A stretch of DNA of 64,000 bases from Clostridia bacterium (lineage in GTDB: Bacteria > Bacillota > Clostridia > TANB77 > UBA1234), in NCBI GenBank assembly GCA_017462965.1, contig JAFTQC010000022.1, positions 96,242 through 160,241 on the forward strand, in the 5' to 3' direction. A model generated the notes under the pieces. The model had not been told where the DNA came from, did not search any database, and saw only the letters and a list, made by a program, of their open reading frames with translations. The translations under genes and the position numbers were made by a program. Positions 9,406 to 19,527 of the stretch are shown here, in pieces (positions within the stretch are counted from its first letter, which is position 1; each line of letters begins with the position of its first letter).

Positions 9406-9668
9406 TGTTAAAGATTAACCATGATATAGATTTGAAAGAGCTTGCTAAAAAATATGATTTCATTTATTGCAGTAATTGGAGAGAACCATACGAAGATGAC
9501 AATTACGGCGATTTAGTTTATAAAGACTCATTATATATAAACTGGAGAGAAGATATACTTCTACCTAGGGGAGCGATTACAGTTAGACAATACGGAGATA
9601 TTGATGAGGCTATCGACAAGTTATACGAACTAATCCAAGCAGGTTTAGTAGAAAAAGTAGAGGAGTGA
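9396..9668 (+). CDS. Hypothetical phage protein
   Basis: ORF track. Confidence 0.4.
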   Translation: MDIMLKINHDIDLKELAKKYDFIYCSNWREPYEDDNYGDLVYKDSLYINWREDILLPRGAITVRQYGDIDEAIDKLYELIQAGLVEKVEE

Positions 9669-9837
9669 TAATGTGGGTGGCAAATACGAAGTAAGGTATT
9701 ACAGCAATACTGATTTAGCACAGCAATTGAATAATGGAATAGAAACCATGTATACAAACAATTGGTTTGAATTTATATGGGTAAGACTAACAAAGAAAGT
9801 CATATATTATAGAGTTTTTGTAGAGGAGTGATAAACA

Positions 9838-10002
9838 ATGAAAATATTAAAGAGATTGTTTTGCAAACATGAAGATGAACTAGTAAAGAAAGTTGAGCCG
9901 TTCGCTTGTATAAGTGGAGTGCAAACATATAAAAGATGTAAGAAATGTGGAAGAATAAAAGAACATATTTTCATGCAGTACGAAGGGATGGGATGGAAAT
10001 AA
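9838..10002 (+). CDS. Small Cys-rich (zinc-ribbon-like) protein, 54 aa
   Basis: My translation MKILKRLFCKHEDELVKKVEPFACISGVQTYKRCKKCGRIKEHIFMQYEGMGWK; RBS agaggagtgataa. Confidence 0.35.
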   Translation: MKILKRLFCKHEDELVKKVEPFACISGVQTYKRCKKCGRIKEHIFMQYEGMGWK

Positions 10003-10418
10003 TGACAAATAGACAATGGTTAATGGAACAAATGCAAAATATGAGTGATGAAGAGTTAGCAAAGAAGATACCTATTGATTTTAAAGATTTAGGGTGTTGG
10101 ACATTGAAGTGTGAACATATAAATTGTTTAAACTGTAGAGTTAACTGGCTAAAATCAGAACACAAAGAACCAATAAAACTATCAGATGCAGAAAGAGTAA
10201 TACTTGAGAATGTAGATAAAGACTATGAATGGATTTGCAGAGATAAAAACGGATATTTGAATGTTTATATTGGTAAACCTACAAAAAACGAAAAAGCACA
10301 AATATGGGCATGGCATACAGATTATAGAGGGATTGCCGCATTTCCAAATCTATTCCAATTTATAAAATGGGAAGATCCAGAGCCATATAATATAGAGGAA
10401 CTTTTGAAAGGAAAATAA
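10002..10418 (+). CDS. Hypothetical phage protein (Cys-containing); track ORF 9945-10418, start chosen at MTNRQW
   Basis: ORF track; RBS gggatgggatgg. Confidence 0.45.
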   Translation: MTNRQWLMEQMQNMSDEELAKKIPIDFKDLGCWTLKCEHINCLNCRVNWLKSEHKEPIKLSDAERVILENVDKDYEWICRDKNGYLNVYIGKPTKNEKAQIWAWHTDYRGIAAFPNLFQFIKWEDPEPYNIEELLKGK

Positions 10419-10420
10419 GT

Positions 10421-10618
10421 ATGGAGAAATTATATTTAAGATACAGTCTTTTATTGATGATATATCAATTTGCAGAAGAAAAAAATGAGAGATTATATAC
10501 AAATTCGATAAGTGCATTAGAAAACGCTTTTGATGCTGTGCAAATAAATAATGGTATTTCAAAAGATATAGTTTGGAACAAAATTGAAGAAATAGAAAAA
10601 ATATTAGAATATAAATAA
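10421..10618 (+). CDS. Hypothetical phage protein
   Basis: ORF track. Confidence 0.4.
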   Translation: MEKLYLRYSLLLMIYQFAEEKNERLYTNSISALENAFDAVQINNGISKDIVWNKIEEIEKILEYK

Positions 10619-10773
10619 TTTTTGTGTATGAGTTATCTTCAAATAAAAACTGTAAAACTCAAAAATAAAAATAAATAAAAAGCTATAAATATCAAGCTAA
10701 AAAATGTATGCATGAGTTTTACACAATATAAGATATGGAAAACTCAAAGAAATAAATTAGGAGGAAAAATAAG

Positions 10774-11223
10774 ATGAGAAAATTTGAAAAAGTAAGCAGA
10801 ATAAAAGAAGATATAAAATTACCTGAAAGAGCTACAGAAAAAAGTGCGGGGTATGATTTCTTTGCCATTGAAGATGTTGAAATTCCACCTTACAAATTAG
10901 GTGATAAACCATTCAACGTAGCCACAGGAATAAAAATTCAAATGTTAGATGATGAATCTTTAGAATTGCTAAATCGTAGTAGCAATCCAGAAAAGAAAAA
11001 TTTAGTAATACCACAATCACTAGGATTAATTGATGCAGATTACTATAATAACACTAAAAATGAAGGTGAAGTATTTTTTTCTTTTTACAATCTGAACACT
11101 CAATCTGTGTCAATTAAAAAAGGTGAAAAATTAGGGCAAGGTGTTTTTAGAAAATATCTTATTGTAGACAACGATAATGCTAAAGGTATTAGGCAAGGTG
11201 GGTTTGGAAGCACAGGAAAATAG
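10774..11223 (+). CDS. dut: dUTP diphosphatase
   Basis: dUTPase motifs SAGYDFFA, GLIDADYY, RQGGFGSTGK; RBS aggagg. Confidence 0.85.
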   Translation: MRKFEKVSRIKEDIKLPERATEKSAGYDFFAIEDVEIPPYKLGDKPFNVATGIKIQMLDDESLELLNRSSNPEKKNLVIPQSLGLIDADYYNNTKNEGEVFFSFYNLNTQSVSIKKGEKLGQGVFRKYLIVDNDNAKGIRQGGFGSTGK

Positions 11224-11230
11224 AAAGGAT

Positions 11231-11665
11231 GATATACATATGATGACGGGAAGTGAATTTAAAAATAAAATAAAAAATTATATAGACATTGTTCGTGGTA
11301 TTAGAGATTTAAATGAGCGAATAAAGAAATTAGAAACAACTTCTAAAATTGTTAAAGATAGCGTAAAAGGTTCATCGAATGAATATCCTTTTATTCAAAA
11401 AACTTGTGTTGTAGAAGGCATGGAGAGAAATGAGAGGTTGAAGCGAAAGAAAAAAATTTTAAAGAAAAAGCAAAAGGAGTTAGAAATAGTAAAAGATGAA
11501 TTAGAATTATATATAAATACAGAGATTAAGGAAGAACGAATAAGACAGATACTAGAATATAAATATATTGACGGATTTAGTTGGGTTAAGATTGCATTTA
11601 AAATGAAAGCTACTTCGGAAGAGTCTGTTAGAAAAGAACTTGAGAGATTTTTAAAGAAATTGTAA
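11231..11665 (+). CDS. Putative phage late-gene transcriptional activator (sigma-region-4-like/ArpU-like)
   Basis: C-terminal ...IRQILEYKYIDGFSWVKIAFKMKATSEESVRKELERFLKKL; position immediately upstream of packaging genes; RBS aaaggatg. Confidence 0.5.
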   Translation, partial: DIHMMTGSEFKNKIKNYIDIVRGIRDLNERIKKLETTSKIVKDSVKGSSNEYPFIQKTCVVEGMERNERLKRKKKILKKKQKELEIVKDELELYINTEIKEERIRQILEYKYIDGFSWVKIAFKMKATSEESVRKELERFLKKL

Positions 11666-11746
11666 GTTTGTCCGTTTTGTCCGCTTCTGTGTGTTAAATT
11701 GATATTGTAAGTAACTGGCATTAAGTATTATAATAAAAACCTTTTT

Positions 11747-11780
11747 AAAGACTAGCTAGAGCAGAGCTAGTCTCTTTTTT
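11747..11780 (+). terminator. Rho-independent terminator
   Basis: agactagct-agagcag-agctagtct followed by ctttttt. Confidence 0.7.
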
Positions 11781-11905
11781 ATGGCAAGTTAATCTAGAAA
11801 GTCTAGAGCTTCCCTGCTAAGGAATGCGTACATGGTGTTGTATGTAGTGCAAGTCTACAGCTTGTCGCCATTTTAATTAATAAAAAATCAAAGGAGAGAA
11901 AAAGT

Positions 11906-12166
11906 ATGATAAAAATAAAATGCATAATGAACTATAGAGATGCTATAACAAGGGAATTAAGAGAGTACGGAAATGAATATATAGAATCAAACGAAAGAGC
12001 AAAAGAAATTATTAGTAAAGGATATGCTGTTTTTGTTGAAGAAATAATGGAAGATGCAACTACTGAAGAGATAATTGAAACTATAACTACTGAGGAGATA
12101 ATAGAAGATGCAACAGTGAAAGTAGAAATGGAAACAGCGAGAAAGAAAACAAATGCAAAGAAATAA
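11906..12166 (+). CDS. Hypothetical phage protein with internal tandem TTEEIIE repeats
   Basis: ORF track; RBS aaaggagag. Confidence 0.45.
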   Translation: MIKIKCIMNYRDAITRELREYGNEYIESNERAKEIISKGYAVFVEEIMEDATTEEIIETITTEEIIEDATVKVEMETARKKTNAKK

Positions 12167-12449
12167 TAAAGAAGTAGCAGATTTTTATAATAGTCCTGCT
12201 TGGAAGAAAACAAGAAAAGCATATAAGTTATATCGAATGAATCTTTGCGAACGATGCAACGGGATTGGTTATTACGTACATCATAAAAAATATATAACGG
12301 CTAACAATGTACATGATTCAAATATAACTTTGAACTTTGAAAATTTAGAATTGCTTTGCAAATATTGTCATAATAAAGAACATTTTGAACAAGAGTTAGG
12401 TTATGAATTTGACGAAGATGGTCAACTACGCCCCCCTATTGAGGGTTAA
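12153..12449 (+). CDS. HNH endonuclease (packaging-associated)
   Basis: CERCNG...HHKKYI...N...CKYCHNKEH HNH/zinc motif; directly upstream of terminase. Confidence 0.8.
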   Translation: MQRNNKEVADFYNSPAWKKTRKAYKLYRMNLCERCNGIGYYVHHKKYITANNVHDSNITLNFENLELLCKYCHNKEHFEQELGYEFDEDGQLRPPIEG

Positions 12450-12536
12450 AAATTATTGATTGGGATATCGGTGTAAGGGGCTTCAAAAAATACGCAGGGA
12501 ATTTTTGCATAACCCCCCTAGAAAGGAAGTGAAAAA

Positions 12537-12875
12537 ATGGCGAAGAAAATTGCGTATAAAGATTTAAAAGTTATAGAGAAAACATTTAAGGAAGTAGATA
12601 CGGATAAAAGCAAATTAGCTTTGTCATTAATTGATGAAGCTTACTTTTTAGGCGAAACACTGAGCAAATTGAAAAAGAAAATTTTAAAAGATGGAGTTGT
12701 AACTGAAATGTGTCGAGGCAGTTATTCTATTGATAGAGAAAACCCTGCATTGAAAAGTTATAATGCTTCATTAAAAAATTATCAAGCTTTATTAAAACAA
12801 ATTACAGATTTGCTTCCACCTGAAATTGAAATTCCTAAGGATGATGGATTTGACAGCTTCGGGGATGATGCTTAA
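12537..12875 (+). CDS. terS: Terminase small subunit (P27-like)
   Basis: Size, position between HNH and TerL, RBS aaaggaag. Confidence 0.65.
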   Translation: MAKKIAYKDLKVIEKTFKEVDTDKSKLALSLIDEAYFLGETLSKLKKKILKDGVVTEMCRGSYSIDRENPALKSYNASLKNYQALLKQITDLLPPEIEIPKDDGFDSFGDDA

Positions 12876-14575
12876 TGACATATATTGAAGAATATTATAA
12901 TTTTCTATTAGATAATCCTGAAAAAGCTTGCCATAAAGTTTTAACTGTCTATAAGAAACTTGTTGAAGATATAAAGAATCCTAAACAAGTTTCTTTTTTT
13001 AATAAAATCACAGAATCAAATGAAACGCATACTTTTATTTTTAATGAAAAACGTGGTAATAAACCAATAGAATTTATCGAAAGATTTTGCAAGCATTCGA
13101 AAGGTAAATGGGCTGGACGACCTGTTGAATTAGAATTATTTCAAAAAGCTTTTATACAAGCATTATTTGGCTTTATAGATAAAGATACAGGAATAAGAAA
13201 ATATAAAAAAGGTGCTCTGTTTATTGGACGTAAAAATGGTAAATCAACCATGGATAGTGGCCTTGCAAACTACATGCTTACTAAAGACGGTGAAGGCGGT
13301 GCAGAGGTTTATTCTGTGGCTACTAAAAAAGACCAAGCAAAGGTTGTATGGGACGAATGCAAGAGGATGATAAAAAAATCACCTGCACTCAATAAGCGAA
13401 TTAGATGTCTGGTTGGAGGTATTTTTTATGATGAAACAGAGAGCTTTTTGAAAGCACTTGCATCTGACAGTAATTCTTTAGATGGTTTGAATGCACATTT
13501 TGTAGTTGCAGATGAAGTTCATGCTTGGAAGGATAAAAATTTATTAGATGTTATGTATGATTCGATGTCTGCACGCGAACAACCGATGTTATTAGAAACG
13601 TCGACAATGGGAACTATAAGAGAATCTGTTTTTGATAATGAATATGAGTATTTTTCCGAAATAATTAAGGGGTATGAAGGATTAAGCGATATCGTAGATG
13701 AAACGGTTTTACCTGTTATATATGAGTTAGACAGTCCTGATGAATGGCAAGATGAGAGAAAATGGTATAAAGCAAATCCAGGGCTTGGAACAATAAAGAA
13801 AATAAAGGATTTACGAGATAAGGTAAACAGAGCAAAAAATAATCCTAACGAACTTCTTAATTTGCTTTGTAAAGATTTTAATATTAGGCAAAATGGACAA
13901 GACAAATGGTTAAGTTATGAAATAGCAAATAATGAAGCCGTATATGAAATGAAAGATATTCAAGATACGTATGCTGTTGCAGGTGTAGATTTATCAAGTA
14001 CTACAGACTTAACTTGTGCGACTATTTTAATATTTAAGAACGGTATTAAATATGTTTTGCAGCAATATTTTATCGCTGAAGCAAATCTGCAAAAGAAAAT
14101 TCAAGATGATAAGATTCCATATGATATTTGGGAAAAGAAAGGACTGGTTACATTATGTGAAGGCGCAAAAATTAATTATACAGACGTAACAGAATGGTTT
14201 AATCGTATGCATAATGATTATGAGATTTCAGCAATGTATGTAGGCTATGATCCGTGGAACTCTCAATATTGGGTTGAGGAAATGAAAGCATATGGTTATA
14301 ACATGATTGAAATTCGTCAAGGTGCAAAAACGATGTCAAATCCTATGAAAGAACTATATGCAGATTTGTCGGAGAAAAAAGTTAATTATAATAATAATCC
14401 GATATTAAAGTGGTGTTTAACAAATACATCAGTTAAACGTGATGAGAATGATAATATAAGACCTGTAAAAGGACATCAGCAACGTGCACGTATTGACGGT
14501 ACAGTTTCGCTTATAATTGCGTATTGCGTATTAGCTGAAAAATACACAGATTACATGAATTTAATGGAGGAATAA
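12875..14575 (+). CDS. terL: Terminase large subunit
   Basis: 566 aa; ATPase region ...GRKNGKST..., VVADEVH Walker B-like, C-terminal nuclease region; synteny. Confidence 0.85.
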   Translation: MTYIEEYYNFLLDNPEKACHKVLTVYKKLVEDIKNPKQVSFFNKITESNETHTFIFNEKRGNKPIEFIERFCKHSKGKWAGRPVELELFQKAFIQALFGFIDKDTGIRKYKKGALFIGRKNGKSTMDSGLANYMLTKDGEGGAEVYSVATKKDQAKVVWDECKRMIKKSPALNKRIRCLVGGIFYDETESFLKALASDSNSLDGLNAHFVVADEVHAWKDKNLLDVMYDSMSAREQPMLLETSTMGTIRESVFDNEYEYFSEIIKGYEGLSDIVDETVLPVIYELDSPDEWQDERKWYKANPGLGTIKKIKDLRDKVNRAKNNPNELLNLLCKDFNIRQNGQDKWLSYEIANNEAVYEMKDIQDTYAVAGVDLSSTTDLTCATILIFKNGIKYVLQQYFIAEANLQKKIQDDKIPYDIWEKKGLVTLCEGAKINYTDVTEWFNRMHNDYEISAMYVGYDPWNSQYWVEEMKAYGYNMIEIRQGAKTMSNPMKELYADLSEKKVNYNNNPILKWCLTNTSVKRDENDNIRPVKGHQQRARIDGTVSLIIAYCVLAEKYTDYMNLMEE

Positions 14576-14577
14576 GG

Positions 14578-15774
14578 ATGAAAGAAAAAAGAAGCTTATT
14601 CAATTTTATATTTGGAAAGAAAGATAAAAACCAAAATTTACATCAAGCATATTTGCAATTATTGAATGGATATAATCCACATTTTAGTACATATGGAACT
14701 GATACATATGATAGTAAAGTTGCAAGACAGTGTATTGATAGAATTGCTACTCATTGTGCAAAATTGCTGCCTAAACACATTAAAGATACTGTGAGTAATA
14801 ACATTAAAGGTGATATCAATTATATGCTAGGGAATCAACCTAATCCATTAATGTCAACATTCGATTTTATATATAAGATAATTTCAATGTTATATACAGA
14901 TTCAAATGCTTTTGTATATATAGCAAAAGACAAAAATGGGTATATAACAGGTTTCTATCCTGTATTAGCACTAAATTACGATTTGCTTCAAGATAATGAT
15001 GGAATTATTTATTTACAATTTAAGTTTGTAAACGGACAAACATATACAATTCCTTATTTAGAGTTAATACACTTAAGATTGTTTTTTAATAAACATGATG
15101 TATTTGGAAGTCATAATAAAGTTTTAAAAACGGATTTAGAAACGGCACATACTGCATCAGAAGGAATTAAGAATGCAATTAAAAGCTCGAATAATTTAAA
15201 AGGTATCATAAAATTTACAAATTCTATGTTAAAAGATAAAGATATTAAAGCAAGTAAAGATGCTTTTGTAAAAGACTTTTTAAGTTTGGAAAATGAAAGT
15301 GGAATAGCAGGTTTAGATGCTAAAGCAGAGTTTCAAGAAGTAAACATGAAACCTATTACACTAGATAAAGAACAATTGGCACAAGTAAATTATAATATAT
15401 TCGATTATTTTGGAATATCCGAGAATATTGTAAGAAATAAATTTACATCAGAAGAATGGAATGCTTTTTATGAAGGTGTAATAGAACCAAGAGCAATTCA
15501 AATGAGTTATGCATTTACAAATAAGATATTTAATTATCAGGCGCGTAAAGATGGACATAGAATTATATTTTCAACTAATAGGCTTCAATATGCAAAGATA
15601 GAAAGTAAAATAAGTTTATTGAAAGAAGCTGGAGCGTTAGGATTATTAACTAAGGATGAGGCAAGGGAAATAATAGATTTACATCCATTAGGCGGAGAAG
15701 AAGGAGCTAAAATAATTCAATCATTAAATAATATAGATAGTTCAATAGCAAATCAATATCAAGGAGGGAATTAA
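14578..15774 (+). CDS. Portal protein (HK97 family)
   Basis: 398 aa immediately after TerL; synteny. Confidence 0.8.
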   Translation: MKEKRSLFNFIFGKKDKNQNLHQAYLQLLNGYNPHFSTYGTDTYDSKVARQCIDRIATHCAKLLPKHIKDTVSNNIKGDINYMLGNQPNPLMSTFDFIYKIISMLYTDSNAFVYIAKDKNGYITGFYPVLALNYDLLQDNDGIIYLQFKFVNGQTYTIPYLELIHLRLFFNKHDVFGSHNKVLKTDLETAHTASEGIKNAIKSSNNLKGIIKFTNSMLKDKDIKASKDAFVKDFLSLENESGIAGLDAKAEFQEVNMKPITLDKEQLAQVNYNIFDYFGISENIVRNKFTSEEWNAFYEGVIEPRAIQMSYAFTNKIFNYQARKDGHRIIFSTNRLQYAKIESKISLLKEAGALGLLTKDEAREIIDLHPLGGEEGAKIIQSLNNIDSSIANQYQGGN

Positions 15775-15775
15775 G

Positions 15776-16345
15776 ATGGAGAAAGCCATTAAGGAAGTAA
15801 GATTAGCAGAAGTGAGAGCTTTGGAAGAAAATGAAAGTAATGAGATGATAGTAGAAGGATATGCCGTTGTATTTAATCAAGTAACAGATTTAGGATGGTG
15901 TAAGGAAATAATTGATAGAAATGCTTTCAATGGTGCTGATATGAAAGATTGTGTATTAAAATACAATCATAATGATAGCTTTTTAATTTTAGCAAGGACA
16001 AGAAATAAAAGCTTAGAATTAAGTATTGATGATCATGGTTTAAAAATTAGGGCAAAATTAATTGATACTACAAATAATAAAGACGTTTATAAGATGATAA
16101 AAGAAGGATTATTAGACAAAATGAGCTTTGCATTTACTGTTGCAGAAAGAAGTTGGGATTATGAAACTGATACAAGAACGGTATTAAGAATTGCAAAACT
16201 ATATGATGTTTCAGTTGTAGATATTCCAGCATATGATAACACAGAAATATATGCAAGAAGCAAAGAAGAATACGAAAATGAAAAAAGAGAATATGAAGAG
16301 TTGAAATTAGAAAAACAAAAAATGAAGTTATTATTAAGTTTATAA
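15776..16345 (+). CDS. Prohead protease (HK97 family)
   Basis: 189 aa between portal and capsid genes. Confidence 0.75.
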   Translation: MEKAIKEVRLAEVRALEENESNEMIVEGYAVVFNQVTDLGWCKEIIDRNAFNGADMKDCVLKYNHNDSFLILARTRNKSLELSIDDHGLKIRAKLIDTTNNKDVYKMIKEGLLDKMSFAFTVAERSWDYETDTRTVLRIAKLYDVSVVDIPAYDNTEIYARSKEEYENEKREYEELKLEKQKMKLLLSL

Positions 16346-16459
16346 TCTCGAACAAAGACTGGTGGTATAACTGGTCTTTTTTAGTGCGGTAGAGCCTGAA
16401 TAGAGAATTTATAAAAGCGGTGGTATAACTGTTAAAAAGAAAAAAGGAGGAAATGAAAA

Positions 16460-17641
16460 ATGACTTTAAAACAAATTGAAGAAAGAAAAGCAGAACTTCA
16501 AAATAAAATTAGTGAAGCTAAATCTAAAGAAGAACTAGAAGAATTAAGAACACAAATAGAAGCTATTAATAAAGAGATTCCTGAAGAAGAAATCACAAAG
16601 GAAGAAGAAAGAAATTTAATAGCTGATACAGAAGAATTAGAAAAAAGAAATATAAAAAATTTAAAAATATTTAAGGAGGAAGAAAAAATGGAAGAAAGAA
16701 AATACACAATAGCTGATAAAGAATATAGAAGTGCATGGGCTAAAAAATTAATGGGATTAAGTGAAGATAAATTCACAGAAGAAGAAAAAAGAGCATTAGG
16801 AGATGCTGTTACAACAACAGATACAACATTTGTTCCATCAGCAGAGGGAACACAAGGAATTAATAATGGTGGGTTATTTATTCCAACTTCTGTAAGAACA
16901 GAGTTGTTAGAAATAATTGAAAAACAATCACCAATATTTAGAGATATAAGAAAATTACAAGTTGCAGGAAATGTTGATTTGCCTTATTTATTTAAAGCTG
17001 ATGATGCTGAATGGTATGCAGAAGTAACAGATACAAAGAACGAAGGTGCAGAATATAAAAATCTTCAATTAACAGGTTGGGAATTGGCAAAAGATGTAGT
17101 AGTTACATGGAAATTAGAAGAAATGTCAACAGAAAGTTTTATAGCATTTATTCTTGAAGAATTAGCTAATAAGATGGGTAAAGCATTAGTTAATGCTATT
17201 ATTTACGGCGATGGTGAAAATAAACCTACTGGAATAACACATGGTTTATCTGCTATCACAACAGGAGAAACTCCAGTTGATAATATCATTAATACTTACA
17301 AATCATTACCAGAAGATTCAAGAGTTGGTGCTAAAGCCTATATTTCAACAGGAGTTAATATTGAAATAGTAGGTTACAAAGATAAAAACGGAAATTATCC
17401 ATTCTTACAAGGTATGTCAACAAACAACTTAGTTTCTATCGAGCAAGATCCATATTTGAAAAATAATGATGTAGTAGTCGGCAATCCAAGATATTACATA
17501 CTAAACGAAGTAACACCAATTAGAGTTGAGAAAGAAAGAACTGTAAAAGGTAGAAAAACAACTTATGGTGGATATGCAATTTATGATGGTAAAGCTAAAC
17601 CAAATGCATTTGCATATGGTCAATATACACCAACAGTTTAG
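16460..17641 (+). CDS. Major capsid protein (HK97 fold), N-terminal delta/scaffold-like coiled coil
   Basis: 393 aa, charged coiled-coil N-terminus then capsid body; RBS aaggagg. Confidence 0.8.
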   Translation: MTLKQIEERKAELQNKISEAKSKEELEELRTQIEAINKEIPEEEITKEEERNLIADTEELEKRNIKNLKIFKEEEKMEERKYTIADKEYRSAWAKKLMGLSEDKFTEEEKRALGDAVTTTDTTFVPSAEGTQGINNGGLFIPTSVRTELLEIIEKQSPIFRDIRKLQVAGNVDLPYLFKADDAEWYAEVTDTKNEGAEYKNLQLTGWELAKDVVVTWKLEEMSTESFIAFILEELANKMGKALVNAIIYGDGENKPTGITHGLSAITTGETPVDNIINTYKSLPEDSRVGAKAYISTGVNIEIVGYKDKNGNYPFLQGMSTNNLVSIEQDPYLKNNDVVVGNPRYYILNEVTPIRVEKERTVKGRKTTYGGYAIYDGKAKPNAFAYGQYTPTV

Positions 17642-17666
17642 TTGGTAAAAGGAGAGTGTAATTGAT

Positions 17667-17960
17667 ATGGAAAATTTATTAAGTCTAGCAAAAGAAACAT
17701 TAGGAATTGTGTCATCTGCAACAGCAAAAGATGTATCCTTAAGAATGCTTATTAACTCAGCTATTGCTGATATAAAAAGAGCAGGAATTAAAATAGACAC
17801 ATCTAAAACAGATGATTTAATCAAAAATACAATAATGCTATATGTAAAAGCTAATTTTGGAATTTCAAATCCAGATGATAAGGCGAAATACTTTGAGGCA
17901 TATCAATTACACATCGCCAAATTAAGTCTTTCAGAAGATTATAAGGAGGCTAAACCATGA
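17667..17960 (+). CDS. Head-tail connector (gp6-like)
   Basis: Size/position after capsid. Confidence 0.6.
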   Translation: MENLLSLAKETLGIVSSATAKDVSLRMLINSAIADIKRAGIKIDTSKTDDLIKNTIMLYVKANFGISNPDDKAKYFEAYQLHIAKLSLSEDYKEAKP

Positions 17961-18268
17961 TTGATGTTACATGTAAGTTAGTTACACAGAATTATGAAAC
18001 TGATTCTGTAGGTAATCAATTATTAAGAAATTCTTTTATAGAAATCCCAATAATTGAAGTTCAAGATGTATATCAAAGTGAATTTTATAATGCATCTCAG
18101 CAAGGGTTGAAGCCAACTTTAAGATTACTGATTAGTGATTTAAACTATAGCGATGAAGAAGAACTTGAATACATGGGAAAAAGATATACAGTTATTCGTG
18201 TAGATAAGGTTGACAATGAAAGTGTTGCTCTTGTGTGTGAGAAAAGAGTTGGTGTAAATGCAAGTTGA
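17957..18268 (+). CDS. Head closure protein
   Basis: Size/position. Confidence 0.55.
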   Translation: MIDVTCKLVTQNYETDSVGNQLLRNSFIEIPIIEVQDVYQSEFYNASQQGLKPTLRLLISDLNYSDEEELEYMGKRYTVIRVDKVDNESVALVCEKRVGVNAS

Positions 18269-18635
18269 TAAATTAAGCAATGCCATTAACGAAGTATTAG
18301 AAGAATATTCTGATGAAATTACTGAAAAAGTAAAGAAAGTTATTGATAATGTTGCAAAAGAAACGAACCAAGTGATTAAAAATCATATAAGTTTTAAAGA
18401 AAGAACAGGAGAGTATATTAAGCATTTTAAAATTAAAAAGGCTTATGAGGATAAATTTAACAAACGTCTTATTTGGCATGTGGCGAGTCCTGAATACAGG
18501 CTTAGTCATTTGCTTGAATATGGGCATGCTAATAAAAATGGGGGAAGGACTCGAGCCTTTCCTCATATTCGTTATGGTGAAGAATTTGCAAAACAAAATC
18601 TTGAAAAAGAAATAAAGGAGGCAATTGAAAAGTGA
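18258..18635 (+). CDS. Tail component (HK97 gp10-like)
   Basis: Size/position. Confidence 0.5.
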   Translation: MQVDKLSNAINEVLEEYSDEITEKVKKVIDNVAKETNQVIKNHISFKERTGEYIKHFKIKKAYEDKFNKRLIWHVASPEYRLSHLLEYGHANKNGGRTRAFPHIRYGEEFAKQNLEKEIKEAIEK

Positions 18636-18946
18636 ATGAATTAAAAACTATTTTAGAACAATTAGATTATCCTGTTGCATATGATCATTTTAATACACCA
18701 ACAGTTCCCCCTTTTATTGTTTTTCGAAGATATGCAAGTAATAATTTTTTTGCTGATGGCGGAGTTTATAAAAAAATCAATAACATTTATGTTGAACTTT
18801 ACACAGATAAGAAAGACATTGAAATAGAAAATGCATTAGAGAAATTGTTTGATGAAAATCAAATTGTTTATAATGTTGAATCTGAAACATTTATTTCAGA
18901 AGAAAATGTATATGAAATAATTTATGAAATTAATAAGGAGGATTAA
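18632..18946 (+). CDS. Tail completion/terminator-like protein
   Basis: Size/position. Confidence 0.45.
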   Translation: MNELKTILEQLDYPVAYDHFNTPTVPPFIVFRRYASNNFFADGGVYKKINNIYVELYTDKKDIEIENALEKLFDENQIVYNVESETFISEENVYEIIYEINKED

Positions 18947-18949
18947 AAA

Positions 18950-19507
18950 ATGCAAAAAGTTAAATTTGGATTTAAAAATGCGTATTATGCAAAAATTACA
19001 GAAGCAGATGGAACTATTACATACGGAACACCTGTAAAATTAAATGGCGCAGTAAGTATGAGTTTAGCTGCTGCTGGAGAATTAGTACAATTTTACGCAG
19101 ATGATGGTTTGTATTTTAGCGACAATTCTAATAATGGTTATGATGGTACTTTGGAGTTAGCTTTAGTTCCAGATGATTTCAAAACGGATATATTAGGTGA
19201 AACATTAGATACAAATAAAGTGCTTATTGAAAATGCAATAGGTGTAAGTAATCCATTTGCATTATTATGTGAGTTCACGACAGATAATGGCGCTAAAAAG
19301 TTTGCTTTTTATAATTGTATTGCATCAAGACCAGAGCTTGCAGCAACAACCAAAGGTGAAACAAAAGAAGTTTCAACAGAAACATTAAATTTAACAATTA
19401 GACCTAACAAAGAGGGCTTGGTAAAAGTCTCAACAACAGACCAAACATCAACTGAGGTAGTTAATAAATGGTATACGGAAGTTTATAAACCGGTTGTAGA
19501 AGGATAA
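18950..19507 (+). CDS. Major tail protein
   Basis: 185 aa directly upstream of chaperone/TMP; RBS aaggagg. Confidence 0.7.
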   Translation: MQKVKFGFKNAYYAKITEADGTITYGTPVKLNGAVSMSLAAAGELVQFYADDGLYFSDNSNNGYDGTLELALVPDDFKTDILGETLDTNKVLIENAIGVSNPFALLCEFTTDNGAKKFAFYNCIASRPELAATTKGETKEVSTETLNLTIRPNKEGLVKVSTTDQTSTEVVNKWYTEVYKPVVEG

Positions 19508-19527
19508 ATTTATGGAGGTAAAAAGTT

